A stretch of DNA of 62,372 nucleotides, taken from positions 42,862,470-42,924,841 of the forward strand of contig NC_068988.1 in assembly GCF_001194135.2 (NCBI RefSeq). Reading direction: 5' to 3'. Within the stretch, counting starts at the first letter, position 1. Each line of letters begins with the position of its first letter. The position numbers and the translations under genes were made by a program. Shown piece after piece: positions 12,801-21,746 of the stretch. A model generated the notes under the pieces. That model was not told where the DNA came from, did no database searches, and worked only from the letters and a program-made list of their open reading frames with translations. The DNA comes from Octopus bimaculoides (Eukaryota).

Positions 12801-15800
12801 TCCTGTCACAGACCTTCGTATCAAATACATGATCAGCATAGGCTTTTTCTTCCAAATCAGATTTTCTCCGATTCGAAGCAATGTCTCGGCGATCTGTCTG
12901 TCCTTCGATCTCGTCGGAATTCAAACTCGCTAGAAATTTTGATGTTTTCTCTTTTTGACTACCCAGGGATTTCTTGATAGACCTTTTCCTTCTTTTTCTT
13001 CCTGCACCACGGGATTTGGTCAGTTTATTTCTAAATTTTTCTTCCATCATTACCATCTTACCCACATTTTCAAAATATGCTGCTAGCTTTGCTTTCTTTG
13101 CTTCTAGTTCCGCTTGGTTTGTGTTTTTGTTCACTATTTGTTTCATATCAGTACCACCGCAAATATTACGACTGATCACAAGTTTTATGTTCCTGTATTC
13201 ATCAGCACGACTAGTGAGAATGATTTTGACCAATTCAGTATAATCGTCAGTGAATTCATTCCTGTCTAGGGGCTTATCGTTAACGGACGAATCTCCTTGT
13301 GTGCTTAGCGCATCTATATCCGACAAAACCTTATTTTTACTTCTTTCACGAGTCATACCTTTTGTTTCTCCCCCATTTTCTGAAATTTCTGCTGTTACTA
13401 ATGACTGCTCAGCTCCTTTATTTTCAGACGATGTGTTATCGCCAATTGTTACTTTCATTTCAGATGTCTTCAGTAAAATTTCTTTAATACTACGATATCT
13501 TCCTGCCCCACAATGCTGCAAACCTTGAACAATGTTTGCGTAACTGATGAGAAAACTGTCAAAATCTGATTCAGCTTTTGATAATTGATGTTTAATGGCT
13601 TCATAACAAAGTCTCGCGTTTTCGACTATTGTTGGGTTGACATTTCGAGGTGTAACTTTTTTCTCTCGAAGCGGTGGTGGAGGAGGGAGTTTGAACAAAG
13701 GTGGAGGTGGAGGAGGATAAATAGGTAAAGGGATGCATGGGTGGATCATAGCAATCGGAGACGAACTTTTATTTTTGCAATTATGACTTAAATTTCGACT
13801 CCTATTTTGTTTCTCAGACAATGGTGGTTTTTGTCTAACAGAAGACCGGGAGCTTAGCTGGCGCTTCTTCGCCAAATCACTTAAGGTTTTAGATATTTTC
13901 TGTTGTTTTGTCTGTTCTGAAGCACTTATTCCATGCAATTCGATAGAGGACAATTCATTTCTGTTAGAAGTACTCATTATTTCGTTAGAGTTAAGATTGT
14001 TACTCGTTGGAGACATTTTGTCTTCAGCTGGCAGAGCCAGTTTCAAAGGTTCTTGCATTTCAGCTGTGCTACAAGAACTATTAAGGCCGTGCATGCTGTC
14101 TTCGTTTGTATCGATTGGTTCTTTCGAATTAGTAGAATTTCTCTCGGAATACCACCCCTTCGTTGATCCATAGTAATTTAACACAGACTTTCTCTTGGAA
14201 AACTTTCGCCGAGATTCCTCATTTTTCGTTTTAGACTGGAGATATGGACATTTCCATGGTGCTTTATTTGTCTTTTGTCGCTTGTCTAACTTCTTTTTCA
14301 ATTCAAGATAAGATTTCATCTGCCGTTCCTCCTGGCTTAGATTTGAACCTTCATCAAACCATCCGTCTTCTTCCAATTCCATTTTGCTTACTTTCTCCCC
14401 ATTTTCTTTTAAATGTTTTTCATTCGTCAATTGCAACGGTGTCTCCGAAAGATCTATATTTAAATTTGGTGTCAGTAGTGCCGCTTCACTTTCATTATTT
14501 TTCTCTTTTGCTTGTTCGTTAAATACTGAACTACCCGGATTTTCGATGTTTTCAGAATGTCCACTATCGTGTGTAACAATTATGGTGTCAGAATGTACTT
14601 GCGAAGCTTTATTATTGGCTGCCTCATTTCTGTGCTGCTGGGAATCCTTTGAAAGATTCAAATCAGTTTCTGAACTGCGATTTTTATTTGTCGGGTTACA
14701 AATTTGCTGAACTGTTTGCTCCTTTCCATTCATTTTTGCGCTATTTTTAATTCTAGTTCTTGGTGCAAATTTTGTTTGCAATGCTCTTTTCATTGCCCGT
14801 TCTCTTTTAACTTCCTCGCTTAATCGCGGTCTTCCGCGTGGTCTTCGAGGAACTTCTTTTACATTTTTGGTCTTATATTGTACTTTTTCAACGTTTGATG
14901 TTACAGATTTAGAAGGTATACCAGTATTCGAGGATTGTATTTCCGTAGAACGCTCATTAACATAATCGGTGTATCTGTTGCTAAATCCGCCATTATCAAC
15001 TGATAAAGACATCGACGACGTGTCATCAATCTTGGTTTCTGAGCCATTGTCATTTTTAAAACTGTTTTCTTTGGAGATTCGAGATTTCTTTACACATCTG
15101 CCTCTGTTGATTTCACATTCACTGATCGACTCAGCAAGTTGATAAGCTGTTTTCGAGGCGCATCGATCCGAGAACCTTTTTGTAACTTCTGGGTCATATG
15201 AAACATTTTTCTTTTCCTCCAAAACCACGGCTGACGAGCCCCTTACAGACCCAGTAGATCGGTTCCTTCTTTTTGAAGCATGCGGGTCGATATCGATTCG
15301 TGGAACCATATCTGCAGCGTATATAGTTTGTCCTGGAGTGCACTGGTAAGTTGCTGTTTTGCTTGGATATCGTTGTCTAATAATTCCACCTTGAGTTGTT
15401 GCACACTGACTAGTGTAAACTGGTTTTCTTGTAAACGAACCCAAGCTGTTATTGGGATACGTAGAATATTTCATTTGGTTATCATAGTGAAAATTTGATT
15501 TCTGATCATCGTTTGTAGATGACGACGTAACAGATATAGACGTATCGGAGGCTGCTTGAATATTGGACAAATTAATATGCTGGTTATTGTCGGAATTTTG
15601 AAGAACCATAATGTTATCGGGATTACGTGTGTCACTTTCAAAGCTGGAAACAATATTTTCTATAAAATCATTCTCAGTTTGAACTGAATTCGTCATAGTT
15701 ACAGAAGCAGCATCTTCGAACCCTTCGTCAAAAGCAGAGTTGTAATCATTGAAGGAGTCAAAATCATTGGTCAGTAAATTAGCCAGGAAGACTGGGTCGT

Positions 15801-18800
15801 AATCCGAGAACAAAAAGGATTCATCACTCATCATGTCAGAAGACTGACCGTTCTTAGATCCATCATATTTTCCATTAAATGCTGAAAGTGATTTACCTTC
15901 GTCATTTGGACTCTCTTTTAGATAGCCGTTATCTAAAAAGCAAAAATTGGATTCAGTTAGTTCTTGTAAAACATTTTCTGCTCTACACTGCTTCGAGTCT
16001 TGTATCGGCTGAGCATTTGAAGGCTCATTTACATTTACGGCTTGAAAATTATTATCAGCTAGTCCATTAAGGCCAGATGAATATTCTGACCCAAAGTAAT
16101 TAATTCGAGATCCTGAAGAATCGACTGGAGTTCGGATACTCGTATGAAAACACTGAGTAATCTCATTTTGCATTGTCTCTGTAGACGTTTCTGTAGCATT
16201 ACGCTCACTTGATACTGATGGCTGGGTATACCTTACAGGATGTTGCAGCTTAAATATTGAAGAGCTAACACCAGAGGCAAGATTTTGGTAGTGCCCCATG
16301 TTTTGGCTGAGCAGAGGCTGACTGATGTTGTACATTTGATTTTGCAAATACTGACCATTTTCAGAAATGTAGTCATTCTTTTTTATTTCAGACATCGATA
16401 AATTAGAACACTTTTGTGGTTGGACTTGGTAAGGTATTTTTGCTGTGTTTCCCATTTCTTTATTGATAACTTTAGTTGGATCACAAGGGACATTTCTGGG
16501 AGGTTTTGGAATCCATGCCATTATGTCTCTAAAATTGTCCGGATGAATAACTTCCGAGTTATAATGGCGCTGATGGAATTGTGGGAGCGAGTTGCCTGCG
16601 TTAATGCCGGTATTGAAAGGGTTTCTAAACGTGTTGTTTGCCGTAGAGTGAAATTGTATGTAATTGTTTGGTTTCAGATACCCGCTATTGTTTCTGTTGA
16701 TTTCACTGTCTTTTAAAGGATTTACAGAGCATCCAGTCGTTTTATTATATATGTCGATTCCAGCATGGCTTTTAACCTCATTTTGTATATTGGAATCAAA
16801 CCTTTCATTAATACTACTGTGTTGTGATAAGGGTTCCATTCTTGGTTGTAAGTTGTCCTGAGTCAAATATTGTTTTGGTGATGTCACATTGTCTGTTCTT
16901 ACATTTGAAATAGGATGTGACATGTTTTGTGCACTGCTATCAGCAGTCGGACACTGAATAGATCGAGCATTAGTCGGTGGCTTAGATTGAAAAAAGTCTG
17001 GATTATGAAGATTACTAGGATATTTCACAGTGGAATTATCAATTTGAGAATAAACCTCTTGGGAAGACATAAATTGATTAAAGTTCTTAATGCAATTATT
17101 AGAATTGTGAGCCAATCTATTTGTCTTATAAACCAAATAATCTGACTGGTTGCCTTTATTATACATATTTGGATATAATTGTTGCTGCCTTTGTTGAGGT
17201 GATGGTAAAACTGCATTCTGTAAGACTGTGTACTGATCCTGATTACTCATTTCTGGTACATTTACATAAGAGTTTTGTAGAGACTGGCAATTTTCTATAA
17301 ATCCGCGAATACCGTTTATGTTAGTTTTTTCCTCACTAACAGATGTTACCGATGGAGTGTTCTGCAAACAAACCATATAGGGAGAACTAAAAGGTTTGAA
17401 GTTGGTCCTTTGATGGTTACTGAAAATGTTAGATGACGTGGCCAAGCCATCGTTGCTTTTGCCGATGTAATTGCTTACAGAGTTATACTGGAATCGGGGA
17501 GAATAACAAAGCGTAGAAGACTGTGAGTTTACTGAATTAGGGTAAAAAATGTACTGTATATCAGAAGATTTGTTCATGGACATATTTGCAAAATATAATG
17601 GCTGACATTCTTGATAACATTGTTCTGGAATTTGACGACGATCATCATTGCTGGAACATGGTCTAGGATTCATGAACGAACTCTTGAACAGACTGCTATT
17701 ATAAGCCGAAGGGTAATTTGACATATTTCTTGTTCTGTAAATATCAGCTTCCTCACCGGCTGGGTTTGATAAATTTAATGGAGAATTCATTACTGTGTTC
17801 ATTGTGGAAAACTTATTCAAATGCTTTGCAGGATTTTCCTCTTTATCTCTAAAGTTTGGTCCTGTTTTAACAAATTTGTCATTAGCTTGTTCTGGATGTT
17901 TTATCATCACTTCATCCGAACCAAGTAAAGCATTCTGATCTGGTGCCTTATTTCCGTCAGTACTGTTCACAGATGAAGAAAGAGTACAGCAGTCTTCTTT
18001 CAAACTCTTATCTTGTATCTGGCTTGATTTTATTGTTGCCTCCTGAGTTTCTTCCACGATACTGAATGTTGAAGGTTTAGAGTCAGAACTGGAGTTCCTT
18101 ACAGAATCGCTCTCAACGTTTAATGTTTTACCTAAATATTGAGTGTTGGTATTCTTATAATTTAAAACAGTCTGTGGATTATCATTCGGATTTAAGTTGG
18201 AACTGATGTGCTTATTTTCTGGTGTGACTGAATATTTTGACTGAATAAGAGGCTGAGGTGAGTCGTATTGTTTGCTTTTATCACTCCCATTGACTGATGA
18301 ATCATTTATTCCAGTTGAATGTGAAGGTGTGTCAGAGGTAGCCTGTGGACATACTTTTCCAATTCCTGGAAAAAGATGGCCAGACACTCCGGAAAGAATT
18401 TCATTTGAATTTTCAGAGTGACATGTTTGTTCAGTAGGTATTTTATCACTGTCAACTTCTGTGACAACTTTTTCCTGTGATTGTTTCTTTAACGTTTTAC
18501 TAACACCAAAATCTTGTACAAAAATACTAGCAATCGATTCTTCGTCATTTTGATTCGTGAGAACCGATTTTGATTTAGAGATCATTTGACTTTCATCGTC
18601 AGGTGATTTTAGAGGATCTAGTGTTTTGCCTTCAACATTCGAAACATCTATACTTTCTTCAGCCACATCTTCTCCACCACCAACACCACCATCATCCCCA
18701 CTTTTACCACTGCCAGTAGCAGCAGCAGAAGCAGCAGTAGAAGAAGCAGCAGCAGCAAATTGGAGATTCTCAGATATTTCATCAGCACTGTCTTGCGGTA

Positions 18801-19281
18801 GATCACCATTCGCAGAAAAGGTTCTAGAACTAAACTTATCTTTCTCCTTTGGGCATGCAGAAGTATTTGCATTTTGTACATCATATGATTCTAAGCCTAA
18901 TTTAGTATTAGCAGTAATCTGCCGAGAATCAGTGTTCATTACTGAAAAGTGTTTCAATTCACAAATATTGCTGTCATTAGCCAAAGCGCAATTAATTTTC
19001 TCATCACACATCCTCGTATCGGACGTAGATGACGATGATGAAGTACTCATATTTTCGCAGCTTTTCACAATTGCTGGCGGAGAATCTAGACACGGATTTT
19101 TCCATGCAGGGTTAGACTTGCACTGCTTTAATTTGTTATCCATGGAATACTCCCCATGGCTTGATGAATTACCAAGATCTATTGATAATGATGGAGGATC
19201 TGATTGGGACTTACTCCCTTGGTAATCCTCGAGCCATTTTAAGATATTCAATAGACGCTTCTTGGAATCTTCATTGCTCAT
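9820..19281 (-). CDS. Giant single-exon C2H2 zinc-finger / AT-hook nuclear protein (3153 aa from the first in-frame ATG; frame open up to 19407)
   Basis: 9.46-kb stop-free frame in AT-rich DNA; four C2H2 fingers, GRP AT-hooks and basic NLS-like clusters (GRKRRKR, RRQKKRP); ATG context gaaataATGa. Confidence 0.95.
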   Translation of the reverse strand: MSNEDSKKRLLNILKWLEDYQGSKSQSDPPSLSIDLGNSSSHGEYSMDNKLKQCKSNPAWKNPCLDSPPAIVKSCENMSTSSSSSTSDTRMCDEKINCALANDSNICELKHFSVMNTDSRQITANTKLGLESYDVQNANTSACPKEKDKFSSRTFSANGDLPQDSADEISENLQFAAAASSTAASAAATGSGKSGDDGGVGGGEDVAEESIDVSNVEGKTLDPLKSPDDESQMISKSKSVLTNQNDEESIASIFVQDFGVSKTLKKQSQEKVVTEVDSDKIPTEQTCHSENSNEILSGVSGHLFPGIGKVCPQATSDTPSHSTGINDSSVNGSDKSKQYDSPQPLIQSKYSVTPENKHISSNLNPNDNPQTVLNYKNTNTQYLGKTLNVESDSVRNSSSDSKPSTFSIVEETQEATIKSSQIQDKSLKEDCCTLSSSVNSTDGNKAPDQNALLGSDEVMIKHPEQANDKFVKTGPNFRDKEENPAKHLNKFSTMNTVMNSPLNLSNPAGEEADIYRTRNMSNYPSAYNSSLFKSSFMNPRPCSSNDDRRQIPEQCYQECQPLYFANMSMNKSSDIQYIFYPNSVNSQSSTLCYSPRFQYNSVSNYIGKSNDGLATSSNIFSNHQRTNFKPFSSPYMVCLQNTPSVTSVSEEKTNINGIRGFIENCQSLQNSYVNVPEMSNQDQYTVLQNAVLPSPQQRQQQLYPNMYNKGNQSDYLVYKTNRLAHNSNNCIKNFNQFMSSQEVYSQIDNSTVKYPSNLHNPDFFQSKPPTNARSIQCPTADSSAQNMSHPISNVRTDNVTSPKQYLTQDNLQPRMEPLSQHSSINERFDSNIQNEVKSHAGIDIYNKTTGCSVNPLKDSEINRNNSGYLKPNNYIQFHSTANNTFRNPFNTGINAGNSLPQFHQRHYNSEVIHPDNFRDIMAWIPKPPRNVPCDPTKVINKEMGNTAKIPYQVQPQKCSNLSMSEIKKNDYISENGQYLQNQMYNISQPLLSQNMGHYQNLASGVSSSIFKLQHPVRYTQPSVSSERNATETSTETMQNEITQCFHTSIRTPVDSSGSRINYFGSEYSSGLNGLADNNFQAVNVNEPSNAQPIQDSKQCRAENVLQELTESNFCFLDNGYLKESPNDEGKSLSAFNGKYDGSKNGQSSDMMSDESFLFSDYDPVFLANLLTNDFDSFNDYNSAFDEGFEDAASVTMTNSVQTENDFIENIVSSFESDTRNPDNIMVLQNSDNNQHINLSNIQAASDTSISVTSSSTNDDQKSNFHYDNQMKYSTYPNNSLGSFTRKPVYTSQCATTQGGIIRQRYPSKTATYQCTPGQTIYAADMVPRIDIDPHASKRRNRSTGSVRGSSAVVLEEKKNVSYDPEVTKRFSDRCASKTAYQLAESISECEINRGRCVKKSRISKENSFKNDNGSETKIDDTSSMSLSVDNGGFSNRYTDYVNERSTEIQSSNTGIPSKSVTSNVEKVQYKTKNVKEVPRRPRGRPRLSEEVKRERAMKRALQTKFAPRTRIKNSAKMNGKEQTVQQICNPTNKNRSSETDLNLSKDSQQHRNEAANNKASQVHSDTIIVTHDSGHSENIENPGSSVFNEQAKEKNNESEAALLTPNLNIDLSETPLQLTNEKHLKENGEKVSKMELEEDGWFDEGSNLSQEERQMKSYLELKKKLDKRQKTNKAPWKCPYLQSKTKNEESRRKFSKRKSVLNYYGSTKGWYSERNSTNSKEPIDTNEDSMHGLNSSCSTAEMQEPLKLALPAEDKMSPTSNNLNSNEIMSTSNRNELSSIELHGISASEQTKQQKISKTLSDLAKKRQLSSRSSVRQKPPLSEKQNRSRNLSHNCKNKSSSPIAMIHPCIPLPIYPPPPPPLFKLPPPPPLREKKVTPRNVNPTIVENARLCYEAIKHQLSKAESDFDSFLISYANIVQGLQHCGAGRYRSIKEILLKTSEMKVTIGDNTSSENKGAEQSLVTAEISENGGETKGMTRERSKNKVLSDIDALSTQGDSSVNDKPLDRNEFTDDYTELVKIILTSRADEYRNIKLVISRNICGGTDMKQIVNKNTNQAELEAKKAKLAAYFENVGKMVMMEEKFRNKLTKSRGAGRKRRKRSIKKSLGSQKEKTSKFLASLNSDEIEGQTDRRDIASNRRKSDLEEKAYADHVFDTKVCDRKYTLSAGKLKKNRVGRPRKNTTSESPGVLNKQCSKKEEEKYSEKDEYVVELSSSSDGGFVEESTGDYILGLGTESDDDILFNSVKFQTYFSENDSKGPVEEEKSDLKENSVTENFSNVVTSTTEICKQHELKGIIPDSLEHALTDGTDEIGCSNSKLSPRKLNTRVSSRQSLTNRNRRKVCYDLSSVDGKSSKTDIQTDPSAKEHVSFKIRNQSKIIKPKTAVIPKEIRQRKLVMHSQKVKQSKLQRNATKIDDKPVKDSHRMKDNTNICENNTKPTIIRDTKNELKALKNVNPIESCADEDINLTYVDSDTEMFDTFNINSVKSWKVKKENRKLKRKHSQIDNSIISIKYFNSLSTRSLVSDNSFGSYFQKQNAQKRNMSFKDYIPKVGNNLTSDDDEWMVEEVLRSDSKEISTDADENTPRAKYERNKRTNIEGSRNIDLSVPDLKVTAESSEHSKNCISNFGESSNKSNERKNSMNLKFVQKSSKSGPHAKRNYNRTLQRENNKDVSVTKVTNSTGVLNISEMENVASVIENVASVIENTVDDKIKYDKTNIVCQSQSTNDNGAKYSRLSSKLTPESKKTNLRKGEVLKIQSINFEKEPLLIKTATLLKEEEGFKTIHETKNIFDMLYQTAATAGNETSLTNQIESMDSLESSSSNCRNGQYSKSDVNLLKVWDSKSSKLPVLPNRLKTARLNAGNDRKTLVVNCCRLENNLSNSYSLQSSECTGSITNSDTKMKPNFACKGKLKDNYVSPKDRRINKKVCFSLDNDEEEASSRKSRKLKIRVNESNYKYRDSKTISAVKTTKSGRISKKLFNINEEFTHKDSRIKKSDSSTRTSTSKNLDFHEGIMHVDVVSDASSNDNKSTSKVNHSNTERTSRRQKKRPPLICEYCSKQFTKPSQLLYHTRSHTGERPFKCDVCDKAFVSNSHLLRHSRTHSSVKSHICDTCGRGFSQRYSLMTHENIHSGIKSFKCQKCSVTFRTHESLVKHERKH
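9823..10137 (-). other. Four tandem C2H2 zinc fingers at the extreme C-terminus
   Basis: CX2CX12HX3H x4 at 28-aa spacing; linkers TGERP, SSVKS, SGIKS. Confidence 0.97.
11177..11223 (-). repeat. Perfect in-frame 21-bp tandem duplication in the CDS (ENVASVI x2)
   Basis: TTTTCAATAACTGATGCCACA x2 on the plus strand. Confidence 0.95.
12745..12765 (-). other. AT-hook-like motif RVGRPRK
   Basis: GRP core in a basic context. Confidence 0.7.
14824..14847 (-). other. AT-hook motif RRPRGRPR
   Basis: Canonical PRGRPR core. Confidence 0.85.
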
Positions 19282-19414
19282 TATTTCTGCTTGTTGCAAT
19301 GTAGATATATCAAAATGTTCATATGTAGAGCACCAGCCAATCACAATATCGAGTGGATTATTGAATAAATCAGAGTATTTACTGTCATCTCGGTCGAAGA
19401 TATCACTTCATAGA

Positions 19415-19440
19415 CTGTAAATGATAAAGAGAAAAAAACA
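19415..19440 (-). promoter_or_regulatory. 3' splice acceptor opening the giant exon
   Basis: TGTTTTTTTCTCTTTATCATTTACAG| on the minus strand; exon starts at 19414. Confidence 0.75.
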
Positions 19441-19493
19441 GAATAAAATAGTATAACTTAATTTAACAGAAGTTTATATAATATATATATTTT

Positions 19494-19729
19494 NNNNNNN
19501 NNNNNNNNNNNNNNNNNNNNNNNNNNNNNNNNNNNNNNNNNNNNNNNNNNNNNNNNNNNNNNNNNNNNNNNNNNNNNNNNNNNNNNNNNNNNNNNNNNNN
19601 NNNNNNNNNNNNNNNNNNNNNNNNNNNNNNNNNNNNNNNNNNNNNNNNNNNNNNNNNNNNNNNNNNNNNNNNNNNNNNNNNNNNNNNNNNNNNNNNNNNN
19701 NNNNNNNNNNNNNNNNNNNNNNNNNNNNN
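19494..19729. other. Assembly gap (in a putative intron)
   Basis: Run of N flanked by (TA)n. Confidence 1.
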
Positions 19730-19768
<39 letters not shown>

Positions 19769-19831
19769 TTGTGTGTATATTTAAAAAGTAATGGTGACTT
19801 ATTTGCAGTTTACAACCGAAAGACAGAAATA

Positions 19832-19972
19832 TCGACGTCACTAAAGTAAAAGCGACACAAAGCACTTATCTTTATAATTACTAAGTGGTTTCTGTGGATT
19901 TGAGTTGTTTTGACACTCATTTCTAGCAATACTGGTGCTGACTAGTATCCTTAGTGACTTTAGTGACGTCTA
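19832..19972. mobile_element. Possible TA-flanked miniature inverted-repeat element
   Basis: Perfect 14-bp inverted repeat GACGTCACTAAAGT (19834-19847 / 19957-19970); TA on both sides. Confidence 0.35.
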
Positions 19973-20440
19973 TATGTATTCGTACGTGTGCATATATAAT
20001 TGCAAACAACAGGAATGGAGTGAGCAAGTCTTTTTATCTCATGTAAATTGCTACATCATACAATAATATTCATTCCTGAAGTATCACTCCAATGAGAGAC
20101 ACCGAATCAGACTAATGCAAATTAAGTATAAAAATCATTTGCAAATGACTTTTACACATAATTCCGATTATCATTGGCGGAAGAAATCCAGAGAAGTATC
20201 CAACCTCTACTACCATCCCAAGGCGGAAAAACACCCTTCCTACTGCCATTTAGTAGCAACAACAATAACAATAGGCATGATGTGCGGATCCTGAAGAAAC
20301 GCAATGAAGCTGTTGCCTTAACAACAAGATTCTTTCTTAATGCCCAGGGTATCAACCCAGCTATCAAGGCTCAAAAATGGAAAATACCCTGCATTGAAGG
20401 GTGGATTGCAGCACACTCACATCAAATCCCTTTCTTTGTC

Positions 20441-20516
20441 CTATGCTTTCTTCAGCCACATCTTCTCCACCACCAGCACCACCATCATCCCCATCACCAC
20501 TTTTACCACTGCCAGT

Positions 20517-20547
<31 letters not shown>

Positions 20548-20581
20548 GCAGCAGCAGTAGAAGAAGCAGCAGCAGAAAATT
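20441..20581 (-). repeat. Direct duplicate of CDS segment 18648-18761 (Ala/Gly-rich)
   Basis: Shared unique stretches CTTTCTTCAGCCACATCTTCTCCACCACC and CTTTTACCACTGCCAGTAGC; differs by triplet expansions and about 3 substitutions. Confidence 0.95.
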
Positions 20582-20589
20582 ATTGTTCT

Positions 20590-20595
20590 ACTTAC
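20590..20595 (-). promoter_or_regulatory. Candidate 5' splice donor of an upstream non-coding exon
   Basis: ATC|GTAAGT on the minus strand after an A-rich UTR-like tract; a second donor GTGAGT lies at 20420-20415. Confidence 0.35.
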
Positions 20596-21413
20596 GATCT
20601 GACGAGTAGCTATATTTTTGAATAGAGTTTATTTTCGATAATTTCAATTGATTTTAATCGATTAAAATTTCTTTTCTATTTGAAAATTAGTTATGAAACA
20701 CGTGTAACCTTTTTATTATATTTATCTTATGATATTTACTTTACTTTATATTATACTCATTTATTGTGCTTTTAATTATTAATTTTTCTATATGTGATAG
20801 TGGATTTTCATCGATGAGTTCTTGAAACTTGGTTATTTCCCCTANNNNNNNNNNNNNNNNNNNNNNNNNNNNNNNNTATATATATATATATATATCCCCT
20901 TCACTTCATTTCCAAACATTGAAATTATTCTAAGGACGAGGAAAATATCTGAAATACACGGAACATACCATTGTAAGGGACATAGATGTTTTGACACCGT
21001 TTTTCAATTGAATATATTTTGTTTACTTAAAAATTGGAATTCTGGAAAATAAGTTTTTTTTCTACAACCGCTATTTCTGTTTTTGTTTACGTGAAATTAT
21101 AAAAAGAAATGTAAGATTTGGCTGTAAGATTTAGCATGTGGAGAGACCTTCTAGGCTTAACTTTGTGCTGGTTTAGAATCACCTAAAAAGATTCTGAATC
21201 AATACATTCGACTAAAAATTCTTCAAGGTGATGCCCCAGCATGGCTGCAGTCCAGTGACTGAAACAAGTAAAAAAAATTTTATAAAATAAAAAATAACGA
21301 AGAATTTATCTTCTTTAGTAATTTCCATAAAAATTTAACATTGGAGTCCATGAAAATATCTATAAAACGGTACATGGTGGGGGCAAGATAGTTTAGAGAC
21401 TATGGATAATATA

Positions 21414-21746
21414 GGGTAAAGACTGCCCTTCGGTCATGAATGACTATGGGATTGAAACTAGAAAGTTCCCCTCCGAGGCACAAATCTGGGTGAGGTTGTT
21501 TATGAAAGACCAGCAGTCGTTCATGCATACCAGCCTCCCCTCTCCACACCACCGATGTTATCCAAGAGAAAGACAAAGGCCGATACAGCTTGGCACCAGT
21601 GACGTCACAACTCATTTTTACAACCGAGTGAACTGGAGCAACGTGAAATAAAGTGTCTTGCTTAAGAACACAACATACAGCCCGATCCAGTAATCGAACT
21701 CACTACCCCATGATTAGAGTGCAACTCTCTAACCACTGAGCAATGC
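21414..21746 (-). mobile_element. SINE-D (shared core, tail type 2)
   Basis: tRNA-like head with GTTCGATT B-box, core CAAGACACTTTATTTCACGTTGCTCCAG, distinct tail ending GACCGAAGGGCAGTCTTTACCC. Confidence 0.8.

Noticed and set aside
11060-19225. Many plus-strand ORFs inside the ZNF gene, including the 199-aa ORF at 18626
   Set aside because: Antisense shadows of a long coding frame; no independent features.
19282-19344. GTG start at 19344 given by the ORF track
   Set aside because: GTG is not a normal eukaryotic start; the first in-frame ATG is 19281, or the CDS enters by splicing.
20174-20518. 114-aa plus-strand ORF ending in a His-rich tract
   Set aside because: Begins at TTG, the His tract is another frame of the duplicated CDS segment, and I recognise no domain.
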